A stretch of 64,000 nucleotides of DNA from Octopus sinensis. Lineage: Eukaryota. Shown here piece by piece: positions 1 through 13,737 of the stretch. The notes below the pieces were generated by a model, which did no database searches, had not been told where the DNA came from, and worked only from the letters and a program-made list of their open reading frames with translations. A program made the position numbers and the translations under genes. Location: assembly GCF_006345805.1 (NCBI RefSeq), contig NC_042998.1:140058001-140122000 (forward strand), read 5' to 3'. Each line of letters opens with the position of its first letter. Within the stretch, counting starts at the first letter, position 1.

Positions 1-126
1 TTGAATGGTACTGCCTGGGTGTCGAAACCATAATGATATCCATGGGGCAGCTGATGATGGAGGTATGATGGATTGTTGGTATGGCTGTGGAATAGTATTA
101 TAACACATCCTTTTGATATATATATA

Positions 127-492
127 TAGCTTACTTCCCCAAAACATGGTTCCAGGTTCAGTCCTACCATTTGGCACCTTGGGCAAGTGTCTTCTACTCT
201 AGCTTCAGGCTGATCAAAGCTTTTTGAGTGGATTTGGTAGACGGAAACTGAAAGAAGTTTGTGTGTGTGGGTGTGTATGTGTGTGTGTTTGTGTCTGTGT
301 TTTCCCCCATCACTTCATGACAACCAGTATTGGTTTATGTCCCCATAACTTAGCAGTTCAGCAAAAGAGAAGAATAGAATAAGTACTAGGCTTTAAAAAA
401 ATAAGTCCTGGTGTCATTTTGTATGACTAAAACCCTTCAAGGCAGTGCTCCTGCATGACCACAGTCAAATGACCGAAAGAAGTAAAAGAATA
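127..492 (+). mobile_element. tRNA-derived SINE, family A (my label), head partly lost
   Basis: B-box-like ggttcagtcc, core ggcaccttgggcaagtgtcttctact, internal (TG)n, tail gaagtaaaagaata. Many dispersed copies in the window. Confidence 0.8.
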
Positions 493-498
493 CATACA

Positions 499-530
<32 letters not shown>

Positions 531-643
531 AATATATATATATAGAGAGAGAGAGTGTGTACATTTAAACACATAAGAGGTATCTGTCATAGGATTCCCC
601 ACTTGCTAGAAGGAACAGCTAAAATCCAAACCACTTTAATTAT

Positions 644-683
<40 letters not shown>

Positions 684-1229
684 AGAGGGGGCTTCATTCA
701 GGTTCCATCTACCAAGTTCACTAACAATGCCATTCAATGGAACTGAACTCAGAGTCATGTGGTTGGGATGGAAACTTCTAAACCACACAGCCATGCCTGT
801 TCTGCATGCATGTATGTATGTATGTACATACACCTGTGTATGTGTGTGTGTGCATGTAAAAATTTCTAAAGCCTGCTTTTAGGTCCTATAGAAAATATAT
901 ATTTAGGATATACAGAAACAGATAGCTCTGCTGACTCTGCTGGCGCTGAGTTTAGCACACAGCAAACAGACATGTAATCGGCATTAGCAGGATCTTGCAA
1001 TACTTTTAATCAAAACCAAAGTGATCCTGATCCACATGAAAGGCGAAATGTGGTTGTTATTTGTGAAGGTTTTATGCACTGAAATAGGATTAATGTCAGT
1101 TACAGAACCTTTCTAATACAGCAATATGTTGAAGACATATATGTTCAGTTATGAGGATCTTCGAGAAGAATGATGCCATTTGTTTGAATGCTGATTTATG
1201 GTTAAAACATTCTTGGCAAAAGATCTCTC

Positions 1230-1281
<52 letters not shown>

Positions 1282-1422
1282 TATATATATACACACATAG
1301 AGAGAGAGAGAGAGAAAGGGAGCAAGAGAGATAGATACACATACATATATATGTTTACTTATATATAGATACATACATATATACATATATTTATATGTAT
1401 GTATGTATGTATGTGTGTATGT

Positions 1423-1633
1423 ATGCTGAAAAGTTCCTGGCTTTGGGTAAAAAAGAATGCAGGAGGATAAGTTAATTATGATTTTATTCAACATATTCCC
1501 CTCTCAGATTCATACACTTATTGCAGTTGTCCTTTAGTTTCCCTAAGCTCTGTGAAAGAACTCAGAAGGTTGGGCCTACAACCAAGCCTTTCACAATACC
1601 TTTAAAGCCAAGAACTTTTCACCGCTCACTCGT
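1423..1633. mobile_element. Mariner-type MITE (~210 bp)
   Basis: Terminal inverted repeats gctgaaaagttcctggcttt / aaagccaagaacttttcacc; the right end ...cactcgtg resembles mariner termini. Confidence 0.65.
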
Positions 1634-1686
1634 GTGTGTGTATAGATAGATAGACAGACAGACAGACATACATACATACCTACCTA

Positions 1687-1912
1687 TTTCTTTATTACCC
1701 ACAAGGGGCTAAACACAGAGAGGACAAACAAGGACAGACAAAAGGATTAAGTCGATTACATCGACCCCAGTGCGTAACTGGTACTTATTTAATCGACCTT
1801 GAAAGGATGAAAGGCAAAGTTGACCTCAGCGGAATTTGAACTCAGAATGTAGCAGCTGACGATATACCGGTAGGCATTTCATCTGGTGTGCTAACGTTTC
1901 TGCCAGCTCGCC
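1687..1912 (-). mobile_element. tRNA-derived SINE, family B (my label)
   Basis: Minus strand reads ggcgagctggcagaaacgttagc...gagttcaaattcc (A/B boxes) and ends ...gggtaataaagaaata. Homologous copies at 8067, 45065 and 54953. Confidence 0.8.
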
Positions 1913-2439
1913 TAACTACCTACCTACCTACATACATGCATACATACATACATACATACATACATACATGACTTTATGGGTAATAAGATTGTTTCCCAAC
2001 GATATGATTTGGAGTTCAGTCCTATAGTGTGGCACCTGAGGAAAGTATCTTCTGCTTTCATCCTGAACCAACTAAATTCTTAGGAATAGCTTTGGTAGAC
2101 ATTGTATATGTGTGTGTGTATGCACATGCATGGTGTTTGCATGTTTCCCTTGTGTTTGCTGGTTTGTAAACAAAAGACTCATTCATCCAGTTTCCAGTTC
2201 CCTGCCTAGGAGATTATTACTGCACTAGGAAACGAATGAGAATTGGCAACAGGAAAGACATCCAACCACAGATCTTTGCCTCCACATACTGATCTTTGCA
2301 AACATGGATCATATCTGATCCATGCACACATGGAAAAGTAGACACTAAAACATTGATAGCAAGAGCACTCAGAGAGCATAACCCTCTGCCAAAGCAACAC
2401 CAACATCCTCTTAACGATTAACCAGAGATTATTTTTAAA

Positions 2440-2729
2440 ATGAGAATATCTGAAATAAACTTGACTGCTCAAATGAGAATACTAAAAATGAATCCAACTG
2501 CTCTCAAAAATTAAGTAAAAAAACTGGAAAAATAATCCAGAATCCTTGTCTGGTACTGGATCTATCCCAAAATCTAATCAGTTTATGCCAGTCATGAGGC
2601 CAAACATCCCTGAAAGTTTCATCCAAATCCATCCAGTATTTCTTGACATATCTTGTCCATGGACAAACAAACTAACAAACAAACACAACTGAAAACAATA
2701 CCTCCGCCTTCACTATGGTGGAGGTAATG
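2440..2729. mobile_element. Helentron-type non-autonomous element (DINE-1/HINE-like)
   Basis: Terminal stem-loop tacctccgcc-ttcactat-ggtggaggta (2699-2726) next to an (AAAC)n microsatellite, the layout typical of DINE/HINE elements. The other end is poorly defined. Confidence 0.5.
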
Positions 2730-3283
2730 ATGATCATCAGCATCTTCGTTGATCTCACCAATCCAGGGAGTCCTGTCTAAATCTCAGGCTCACTGGCTAG
2801 CCATTATAAAAAAACTCACTGACCAACCAATGTTAAAAACAAGGTACATTAAACCTCATTGATTCATTTCTCAAAGCTAAGGTCTTCAAAACATTGTAAA
2901 TACAGTCCTTTTGTTGAGACAGTGCTTTATCTGTTTACTTCTTTAATGTGTTTCTAAATTCTATATTTTGATAGATAAATATTTCAATATTTACATCTAA
3001 GTATATTTCTGTCTGTAATAGAGTCGGTATATGGTGGGTAGTAAAATATGCACTGTATACAATCTGGTGTTTAGTAAAGTTGTTTATTTGTTTGACTAAT
3101 ATTATACTTTTGTTTTTTTTTCTTGTTTGACTATATTAGTTCTCTTTTATATTATGAATATATGTATTTTATGATGTATTTAAATATACATATATATATT
3201 CATATATTTATATATATATTCATATATTTACATATATATATTCATATATTATTTACATATATATATATATATATATATATATG

Positions 3284-3329
<46 letters not shown>

Positions 3330-3409
3330 TACATTTATATATATATATTTATACTTATATGTAGATATATGTTCATATACATATATATGTAATCATATAT
3401 ATATATATT

Positions 3410-3442
<33 letters not shown>

Positions 3443-4523
3443 CACACACACACCTACACATACAAAAGTTTACATATATTTACATATATCATCATTTTTA
3501 CATATTTTTTTCCCATTTTTGCATGGATACATTCATACATACACATAATTTTATAATATATATTTACATATTTGATCATCATCTTTACATCCATTTTTTC
3601 AAGCTTGCATGAGTTACACACACACACATACACTGACATGCACACATATTCACACATTTGCTGTTTCATTACTTTTTTTTTTGTTTTTTGTTTGCAAAAT
3701 TTCATTCCTTAGTTATGAATATTGGTAAAATATGGAATCGAGTAAACTTCAACTTAGGCTTGCATTAACACAATTAAACATAATAGACTTCTGTTATTCT
3801 GTTCTGCAGTTTTGAAGAATTATTTTTTTTTAAATGTAAGAAAAAAAAAATAAATAAATAAAATATATAAAAATAATAACAAAACTAATTCACATGTCCA
3901 CCAGTTTTTTTCCCTCACCGATTTTATTACTTGTTGCTAAATTATCAGCTAGACATTGTAACTTTCTTCTTGACAATCAGAATAAATAGATAAATAAATA
4001 GATTCTCTATGGCAACTAGACAAATACAAAGTTACTGAGGCAGAAGTTGACTTTTATGAAACAACAGAGTTTCCTTTCAGAAGCGATGTCAAAGAATAAA
4101 ATAACCAAAAAATGCAATGCAAAAAGTAAAAGAGATAAAAAAAAAAAATAAAAGAAATTAACAAAGACCATTGATTAAAGGAAGTAGTTCAAGAGAACCA
4201 CTTGAGTTACACAAAAGAATTACACAATGTTTTTGTTATTTTTATTCTTATTATAATTATTTTTCCTCAAGAATTGTATGCATTTCCAGCTTTTGCATAA
4301 TTGTTTTATTAAATAAATAGCATAGATACAATTTTCGAAAATCTATTCTTTTTTTTTTCCTTATATCAAAATATGAAATCTGTAATTATTTAGAATTAGT
4401 TTTCCTATTTAATTTTTCTGTGGTGAGTGAGGAAAAGGGTGATACTTGTTTTTACTGCGCGATAAAAATTCTATGCATTTGTATGTAATGAACATACATA
4501 TACATACATACATATATATATAA

Positions 4524-4780
4524 AATAAATGCGCCCTTTTTTAAAGCCTAGTCAGGCTCTTGGACCTGGTTTCCCAGTTTATATGGCGTATTTGTTCCTC
4601 AGTTGGACAGGACGCCAGTCCATCTCAGCGTTACTCATTTTTGCCAGCTGAGTGGACTGGAGCAACATGAAATGAAGTGCTTTGCTCAAGAGCACAATGC
4701 GTCAGCCTGTCCAGGAATCGAAACCACAATCTTACGATCATGATGCTGACACCCTAACCACTAAGCCACATGCATCCACA
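4524..4780 (-). mobile_element. tRNA-derived SINE, family C (Meta/V-domain-like core)
   Basis: Minus strand head gtggatgcatgtggcttagtggttagggtg...ggtttcgattcc; core with gatggactggcgtcctgtcc (V-SINE-like motif). Near-identical copy at 25413-25666. Confidence 0.75.
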
Positions 4781-4937
4781 TATATATATGGTTGGCGTTA
4801 GGAAGGGCATCCAGCCGTAGAAACACTGCCAGATTTGACTGGGCCTGATGAAGCCTTCTGGCTTCACAGACCCCAGTAGAACCGTCCAACCCATGCTAGC
4901 ATGGAAAACGGACGCTAAACGACGATGATGATGATGA

Positions 4938-4981
<44 letters not shown>

Positions 4982-4998
4982 ACACATACACACACACA

Positions 4999-5230
4999 CT
5001 TATTCTTTTATTCTTTTACTTGTTTCAGTCATTTGACTGTGACCATGCTGGAGTATGGCTTTTTAGTCAGAAAAATTGACTCCTGGACTTTATTCTTTGT
5101 AAGCGTGGTGCTTATCCTATCAGTCTCTTCTGCCAACCACTAAGTTACAGGGACATAAACACATCAACATCAGTTGTCAAGTGATGGTTGGTGGGGGGGG
5201 GACACAAGCAGACACAAATACAAGCACACA

Positions 5231-5284
<54 letters not shown>

Positions 5285-5430
5285 TATATATATATATATA
5301 TATATGACAGACTTCTTTCAGTTTCCATCTACCAAATCCACTCACAAGGTTTTGGGTAGCATGAGGCTATAATAGAGGACACTTGCCCAAGGTGCTATGC
5401 AGCCAGACGGAACCTGGAACCAGTTCTTCT
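4999..5430 (-). mobile_element. SINE family A
   Basis: Reverse complement of the family A body and tail, with an expanded (CA)/(TA) microsatellite. Confidence 0.75.
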
Positions 5431-5440
5431 GGTATATATA

Positions 5441-5506
<66 letters not shown>

Positions 5507-5904
5507 GTATCATCTTAATTGTTGTCATCATTGTATATTCATGTTCTATGCTGGCATGGGTTGAACAGTTTGACAATCCAATGAGCTGATGGACTGTCTG
5601 GAGTTCTGTCTGCTTTGGCTTAATTTCTTCTACTAGATGCCCTTCCCTTCCTAATGCCAACCACTTTACAGTGTGTACTGGATGCTTTTTTTGTAACACT
5701 GGCACAAATGAAATCACCAAGTAACTCACAAAGAAAAAATAAGAATCCCCTCAATCAAATGAGTTTGCAGTTGAGAGGACAGGCATGAGTGTCTTGCTAT
5801 AGAAGAGATACATGGCTACTTTGTATTATATAGGAATGGATGGGAGTAGCAAGAAGTAAATATATCAAACTGATTTTTTTGCTACTGGAATAAAAGAGTA
5901 AAGA

Positions 5905-6212
5905 CTCCCTTCAGTCATGAATGACCGTAGAAAGTTACCCTCCTGGGCACAATTCCAGGCAAGGGTGTTTATGGAAAACCAGCAACCATGCAAATCAGCC
6001 TCCCCTCTCCATTCCATTGATGTTATTCAAGGGAAGGGCAAAGGCTGATACAGCTTATCACCAGTGATGTCGCAATTCATTTCTACAGCTGAGTGAAATG
6101 GAGCAACATGAAATAAAGTGTCTTGCTCATGAACACAACACACAGCCTGGTCTAGGAATCAAACTCACTACCTCGTGATTGTGAGCCCAATATTCTAACC
6201 ACTGAGCCATCA
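5905..6212 (-). mobile_element. SINE related to family C
   Basis: Shares cagctgagtgaaatggagcaacatgaaataaagtgtcttgctc and the tRNA-like head aaccactgagccat with family C. Confidence 0.6.
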
Positions 6213-6782
6213 GAACATTACCGGATTTAGCCAACTCAGGAAAACCTGAACAAAGAACTATGATGATCTAGGTTTATATGGAATCAATGGGCCATGGAAT
6301 AGCTTTTGCTATCCTATTGGAAACATGACTAAGAGGATAGTGGGTATTATGAAGGCTAAATTATCAATTTTTCTGGTCAGAAAATGAGAATACTTCACAG
6401 AGTAGAGTTGATGCTGGTCCAGTCATTGTGGACAGTCTTGTCAGCAAACTGGTGTTGCTTCCTGTTGATATATCTGATAGGCTAATGAAGGTAAGACTAG
6501 CTCTTAGTGAAAACCAAAATATAACCGTTTTTAGTGTCTATGTTCATGCAATGACCAGTCAGCAGAGTGAGGAGAAGGATAGGTGAACTTAGATAAATAG
6601 TAGAGCAGATAGGCACAAGTGCAGCTGCATGGTTATGAAGCTTGCTTCCCAAGCTTCCCAACCATGGGTTCAGTCCTACTATGCAGCACTTGGGACATAT
6701 GTCTTCTACTATAGCCTCAGGATGGCCAAAGCTTTGTGATAGTAGATGGAAACAAGAAGAAGCCCACTGTGTGTGTGTGTAG

Positions 6783-7188
6783 GGGCAGGCATGGATGTGT
6801 GGTAAAAAGCTTGCTCCCCAACCACATTGTTCCAGGTTCAGTCCCACTGTGTGGCACCTTGGGCAAGTGTCTTCTGTTATATAGCCTCAGGCCAACCAAA
6901 GCCTTGTGAGTGGATTTGGCAGACAGAAACTGAAAGAAGCCCATCGTATATATTTATGTGTATGTGTCTTTGTGTATGTGCTTGTTCCCCCACCACCACC
7001 ACCATGACTTCTCAACCAATGTTGGTGTGTTTACTTCCCCATAATTTAGTGGTTCAGCAAAAGAGACAGAATAAGGCTTACAAAGAATAAATCCTGGGGT
7101 AGATTTCTTTGACTAAAAAATCTGTAAGGCAGTGCTCCAGCATGGTTGCAGTGAAATGACTGAAACTTTTGAAAGAATAAAAGAATAT
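6783..7188 (+). mobile_element. SINE family A, full length (preceded by a partial + copy at ~6608-6780)
   Basis: Head ggcaggcatggatgtgtggtaaaaagcttgc, B-box ggttcagtccc, tail gaataaaagaata. Confidence 0.85.
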
Positions 7189-7989
7189 ATATGTGTATGT
7201 ATGTGTGTGCATGTACCCTTGTCTAGATACCATGTGATGGTTATAAATGATTATCATTGTTATACAAGTAAGGTTGTTCACTTTCAATCTTCCATGAAAA
7301 ACATGTCCAGCCATGGGAAAATATTACCTTGCTTAGAAACTGGTGAAAGTCGGTGACATCAGCCATAGAAATTCTGCCTCGACAAATCTTGTCTCACCCA
7401 TGCAAGCATGGAAAATTGAACGATAATCAACGATAGTGATGATGACGACTATGCGGCAATGATGTTGATGATGATTGGAGCATCCAATTACAAAATATCT
7501 TGTGTCTTTTTATGTTGTCAGTTCAAATCCCACTAGAGTTACCTTTTCCTTTTGTTGTTCTGGGGGTCAATAAAATAGTTATCAATAATTTAATGAGACA
7601 ATACAATTGACTCTATTATTCATCTGTGAAAATTGATTTTACCATTTAACAGTTGAAAATATATCTTTAGGATGGCCAGTCAGCTGTGAAAGTGTATTAT
7701 TCATTAGTTCCGATGTAAATAGCCTGACTTACAGAACCATTCTACTCATGCTTAGAGGAGAAAATAGATGCAGAATGATAAAAGAGAAATAATACAATTG
7801 AAATTCCTAATTTTCTCTTGTTTACATCAGTCCACTAATGATCACCAGCCACAAGCAAGTTATTGTCATCAACAATAGTCAGTGACTAGAATAACTTAAT
7901 CAAGGCATTAATATTTGCTTCATAAACAGCTTCAGGATAGACTGAGCAAGCATTGAGAATCTTAATTTCAACAAGACCATGTCTTCATC

Positions 7990-8512
7990 ATGTGGAATAA
8001 TGTGGCCTACTGGTTAGGGTGTTGCACTCACAATTGCAGCAACATTGTGGTTTCAATTTCTGGATCAGGCGACGAGCTGGCAGAGTTGTTAGCATGCCAG
8101 GTGAAATGCTTAGCAGTATTTTGTCTGCCGCTACATTCTGAGTTCTAATTCTGCTGAGGTCGGTTAGCCTTTCATCCTTTTGGGGTTGATAAATTAAGTA
8201 CCAGTTGCGTACTGGGGTTGATCTAATCAACTGACCCCCTCCCCAAAAATTTCAGGCCTTGTGCCTAGAGTAGAAAAGAATTTCTGAATCCAGCGGTGCA
8301 TTGGTCTCTTCAGCAAAACACTTCATTTACTATTATTCCAGTTCACTCAACTGAAAATGAATAATCCTGCAATGGAATGGCAACCTCTTCTGGGGCAAAG
8401 TTGTCATCTTAGTCACTTACATGCTGCAAGGGCAGGCAATTGGCCCTGTGTGTCTAAGGACTCGAGGCAGTAATATTCCCAGGTTGTTGTTGTTGTTGTT
8501 GTTGTTGCTGTT

Positions 8513-8565
<53 letters not shown>
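7990..8565 (+). mobile_element. SINE family C interrupted by a family B SINE (8067-8278); compound (GTT)(GCT)(GAT) tail
   Basis: Family C head stops at aatttctggatc (8055-66) and resumes after aatttctgaatc (8279-90), a 12-bp target-site duplication. Confidence 0.75.
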
Positions 8566-9287
8566 CGTAAATTGCTTTCAAATTTTAGCACAAAGCCATC
8601 AATGTTGGGAAATGGGCGCAAGTCAATTATATTGACCCAGTGTACTTATTTTAAGTACTGGTACTTATACTATCAACCCCAAGAGGATGGAAGTCAAAGT
8701 CAACTTGAACACAGAATATATATGAATATATACATAAAGCATTTTGCCCAGCATGCTAACAATTTTGCCAGCTTGTTGCCCTTCATCATGATGTAAACTA
8801 ACGTAAAAAGATATGTCCATGTCTACCTTTGTCACATACCATTTGTTCTCACCAATAACATGACAACAACCAGCACAAACCCAATGAACACTTTCAGGAA
8901 AAATTCTGTCTCCACTCAAAATGAATTTTCATCAAACTGTCCATATCCTTAGTTCGATAACATAGAACTTAAGTGATGCTTTTATTACTTTTGATCACAT
9001 CATCACAATCATTATTATCAGTATCATTGATTTTAATGTCCATGCTTGCATGGGTCAAATGGAATTTGTTGAGGCAGATTTTCTTTGGCTAGATGCCCTT
9101 CCTCTCACCAACCCTTATCAGTTTACATGCAAGGTAATATTTTCCCCATAGCTAGATATGTTTTGTATAGTAGACAGGAAATGAACAACCTCACTTGTAT
9201 GATGATGATGCCCTTTTACAACCAACACATTTTGTCTAGGCAAGGGTGCACACAAACACATATACATACACATAAAAACTATATATA

Positions 9288-9485
<198 letters not shown>

Positions 9486-9642
9486 TTTATATTTTATATT
9501 TCTATTTCCTTGTCTAATTATATTTACAATATATTTTGTATAATGCCTTTGCTGTTATGTAATGGTGTAATAAAGTATTGATTGGTATCATCTGATGGTT
9601 GATGTTTGATTGATTTAAGTATGTTTCTCCATTTTCTAATTT

Positions 9643-9712
<70 letters not shown>

Positions 9713-9741
9713 ATTATATATATATATATAATATATATATA

Positions 9742-9852
9742 TGGCATAGCTGTGTGGTAAGAAGTTTGCTTCCCAACCACATGGTTCTGGGTTCAGTCCT
9801 ACTGCATGGCATCAGCACCTTCGGCCTTGTAAGTGGATTTGGTAAAAAGAAG

Positions 9853-9943
<91 letters not shown>

Positions 9944-10105
9944 GTGTGTTTACATCCTTGTAACTTAGTAGTTCAACAAAGAGATCATTAAAATAAGTAC
10001 TAGGCTTACAAAGAATAAATCCAGGGGTTGATTTGTTCGACTAAAGGCAGTGCTCCAGCATGGCCACAGTCAAATGACTGAAACATGTAAAAGAATAAAA
10101 GAATA
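9742..10105 (+). mobile_element. SINE family A
   Basis: Head ggcatagctgtgtggtaagaag, (CT)/(TA) body, gaataaaagaata tail. Confidence 0.8.
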
Positions 10106-10670
10106 TTTACAAACAACAGATGGATTGTGGTTCACTACAGCTGTTTTTTATATGTTTTTTATTAATAACCAGAAGTGTTAGTACATCATGCAAAACATGT
10201 TTTCTTCAGATGAATACAGGTAAGGATTAAACATTTAGAATTTCTCAAGAACAATTAAATAGACCCATATGACTTCACTGACCTGACCTTGGTGCTTTTA
10301 CCATTTAAGTATCTGATTCTCTTGAATCCTGAGAATTATATAAATTAAAGGAAGAGGGTGGGTCAACACATTGATCCATTATCTGGGATATCCCAGAAAC
10401 AACTGTAAGACATTATTTCCTTTTGCTTACTTCGATTCACCACTATAATGACTAAAATAATTTAAATGATCTGATAAACTTATCCTGCCTTGGTTTTGTT
10501 TTCCTCCTCCTTTAATTTATACCTGCTGACTCAGGAGTAGGGTACGGATCCTCAGCTCTATCTCCTGCTGTAAACTTGGATCCTAGTGGATTATCAGTTG
10601 GAGCACTTACACAGCATGCCTGTTAGTTTGGATCACCAGTGACCTAAACCCTTTCCTATAATATATATAT

Positions 10671-11095
10671 ATTGGCCGATGCCAACCCCGTCTCAAATGG
10701 CTTCTGTGCCGGTGGCACATAAAATGCACCATCCGAACGTGGCCGATGCCAGCCCTGCCTCTACTGGCTTCTGTGCCGGTGGCACATAAAAAGCACCATC
10801 CGAACGTGGCCAATGCCAGCACCGCCTCGACTGGCTTCTGTGCCGGTGGCACATAAAAAGCACCAACCGATCGTGGCCAATGCCAGACCCCTCTGGCACC
10901 TGTGCAGGTGGCACGTAAAAAGCACCCACTACACTCACGGAGTGGTTGGCGTTAGGAAGGGCATCCAGCTGTAGAAACACTGCCAGATCAGACTGGAGCC
11001 TGGAGCAGCTCCTGGCTCCCCAGACCCCGGTCGAACCGTCCAACCTGTGCTAGCACGGAAAACGGACGTTAAACGATGATGATGATGATGATGAT
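10671..11095 (+). mobile_element. 5'-truncated RTE LINE 3' end (3' UTR tandem units plus (GAT)n tail), young subfamily
   Basis: Homologous to the 3' UTR downstream of the RTE ORF2 remnant at 50672-52061. ~96% identical to the inverted copy at 35568-35901. Confidence 0.85.
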
Positions 11096-11417
11096 ATATA
11101 TATATATATTATATATTGATATATGTGTGTGTGGTTGTGTTTATACACCTATACATGTATGGGTGTATATGTATCCATGCATGTACATCTGTGTGTCTCC
11201 ATGTACAGATAAAAATTTAGATTGATGTCTAAAAGAGGAGAAACATCATTTTGAAAATATTTTTTAGCATAAGAATATCTCTTGCTAAAGGTTCTAAATC
11301 TCAGTTTCTTCTCTCATTTATACTGGTAGCTACAGAAACATGTTCATGCATGCATTTTTACAATTATCTCGTACATGTCTTCAATCTTTTTTACATCCAA
11401 TATCTCTCTCTCTCTCC

Positions 11418-11457
<40 letters not shown>

Positions 11458-11662
11458 CTATATATATATATTATATGTGTTGTATTTTATATATATTCAC
11501 ACACCATGTGTTCTGTTAAGATGTATTTTTATGTTTGTTTGTGTGTATGTATATATGTATGCACATATATATGTGTGTATATACGTATATATAAATATAT
11601 ATACACAGTCACACACACATACGCACATATATATGCACATATATATATATTGTATATATATA

Positions 11663-11727
<65 letters not shown>

Positions 11728-11798
11728 AAGAGAGAGAGAGAGAGATAAAGATATATATACATACACATACATATATATATATATTACTTGCATTACAG

Positions 11799-11942
11799 CG
11801 GGTCAGTGATTTGGAACAGGAGGTACGCACAAACCAGGAGAAATTCCTGCAGAATGAGCAAAACTACAAACAGGAGTTGTCTGAGAAAGAACTACAACAT
11901 GAGGCCGAGAAGAAGAAACTTGTTCGCCAACAGGAAGATGAG
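11799..11942 (+). CDS. CEP112: Internal coding exon (144 nt, phase 0-0) of a CEP112/CCDC46-like coiled-coil centrosomal protein: [48 protein letters not shown]
   Basis: Acceptor ttgcattacAG (11797-98), donor GTtggt (11943). Open E/Q/K-rich frame. Joined with the next exon it gives 77 aa that align gaplessly to recalled human CEP112 VIADMEAQVHKLREE...KKTHAAETEMTLEK. Orthology is from memory and needs BLAST. Confidence 0.85.
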
Positions 11943-13737
11943 GTTGGTTGTTCTGTATTATATCGGTTTGCCACCTCCCTCTCCCCACTGCCACCGCTCA
12001 ACGACCCATCATGAATTAAGCATTGCCCCCCCCCCACCACCACCACCACCAACACTCCCTGCCCAATCCAAGCCCACCCCCACAACATTTTTCAATATAA
12101 AGTATTCAGAGAGCCATGATATGTCCTGCTTTATATACTTTGTGTGTGTGTACATGTGTGTTTGTGTGTGCATGCATGTTTTGTATTTGTGTTTAATTCT
12201 TTTTTTAATCATATTTTATTTGTCAACATGGCTACCTTTATCCTTCCTCTCCACTTCTTTCTCTTCCTTATATTTCTCAGACCCCTTATCTATACACAGA
12301 CACACACACACACACACACACACAACACACACACACACACACACATTCTTTATTGTTGTATCTTGCTTATATTTTGGATCATGGTTTTACTTAGATATTC
12401 CTATGGTTCTTGTATTCTTTGCTATATTCTCATTTCAATTTCATTTCTGTTTTTTTCCCTCCTTTTCTCTCTTTCGTTTTTTGGAATATTTCAATAATAT
12501 TTTTTATAGTATTTTTGTTGTAGTTTTTTTTTTATTTTTCTGTTGTTGTTACTTTCTGTTTTTAATCTCTAATTCCAACATTGACATTTGCACGTGTTGT
12601 GTGTGTGTGTTCATGAATACATTCATCATAAGATGTTTATATTTTTTTCATATTCATTTCATACATTTTTCTTTATTATTAAATATATTCTTTACTGCTT
12701 ACAGAAGTTGTTACATCTATTGTACATGTTTGTACGTATTTATGCATGTGTTTGTTGTATACTGTTGAACACATTTCTTTCAAAACTTGTTCCTACATAT
12801 CTTAAAAACTCATGTATCTATATATATATATATAATATATATTATATATATATATGAGTTTTATACATACACACATGGTTGCATTTGTACATGTATAGAC
12901 ATAAATATATACATCTATACATACAGACTCACAAACATATATATATATATATAAACACATAGAATGGTTGGGGTGAATGGAGTGAGAGAGAAGTTGGAAG
13001 CTGTGCATGTATAGAACCATATTACTATATATATATATATATATATATATGTATACAACAATATTACTATACATACAACAATAAGTTTTTGTCATTCATA
13101 ACACATGTGGTTTGTGTAAATATGTCTTGCAGGTTTTGTTATCCTGCTACTTTTCATTTCCAAGACACTTGTATACATTCTTCATACATTCACGTTTGAC
13201 ATGGTCATTGTGTGTTCTGTAGAAGCTAGGAAGCAAGTAGAGTTTCTGAACACATATTTAGGAGAGGATAAACCTATTTCTAATAATTTATGATGTAGAT
13301 CAATGCTATAATAAAGAAAGGTGCTTATTAATTAGTTTGAAGTTTGTAATTTTTACTAAAAGAAAGCAATTGTTAAAGTCTACACAATCTAGAACATTCT
13401 TATAAATTCCAATTTTAATGTTTTTATTAAAATATGGTTTTCAAGTTTCTTTTTATTGATGATTTTAATAATGTGATTCAATTGTAAGCTAAATTTTATT
13501 CACTGTGACATAGTCATTTTTCATTGCTTTACAGCATTTTTAAATGTCACTGTTTATACTTCTGAAATTATGAAGGTTGCCTAAGTATATACAACTTTAT
13601 ATATGCTACTTTATACAGACATATCAGTAAAAAATATTTCTCTAAATTATAAATTTAATCCAGCATCAGTCAAATTATGTTGATTCCTTTCATATTTGTT
13701 AGGCCTTGCAGAGGAAATAGAAAATATTCCCCACTTC

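Noticed and set aside
1096-1230. C2H2 zinc-finger-like CQECFNHKSAFKQ
   Set aside because: The His ligands and linker are missing, and the ORF is otherwise microsatellite.
6381-6490. AG...GTAAGA-bounded open segment
   Set aside because: The peptide (NENTSQSRVDAGPVIVD...) is not coiled-coil-like and does not fit the host protein; no other support.
6783-6860. tRNA gene candidates (here and at other SINE heads)
   Set aside because: A/B boxes are present but no cloverleaf is evident, and each continues into a SINE body.
11788-12768. 326-aa ORF
   Set aside because: It overlaps the real exon in a different frame and continues through low-complexity T-rich intron (poly-P, HT and F-rich runs), open only because of composition.
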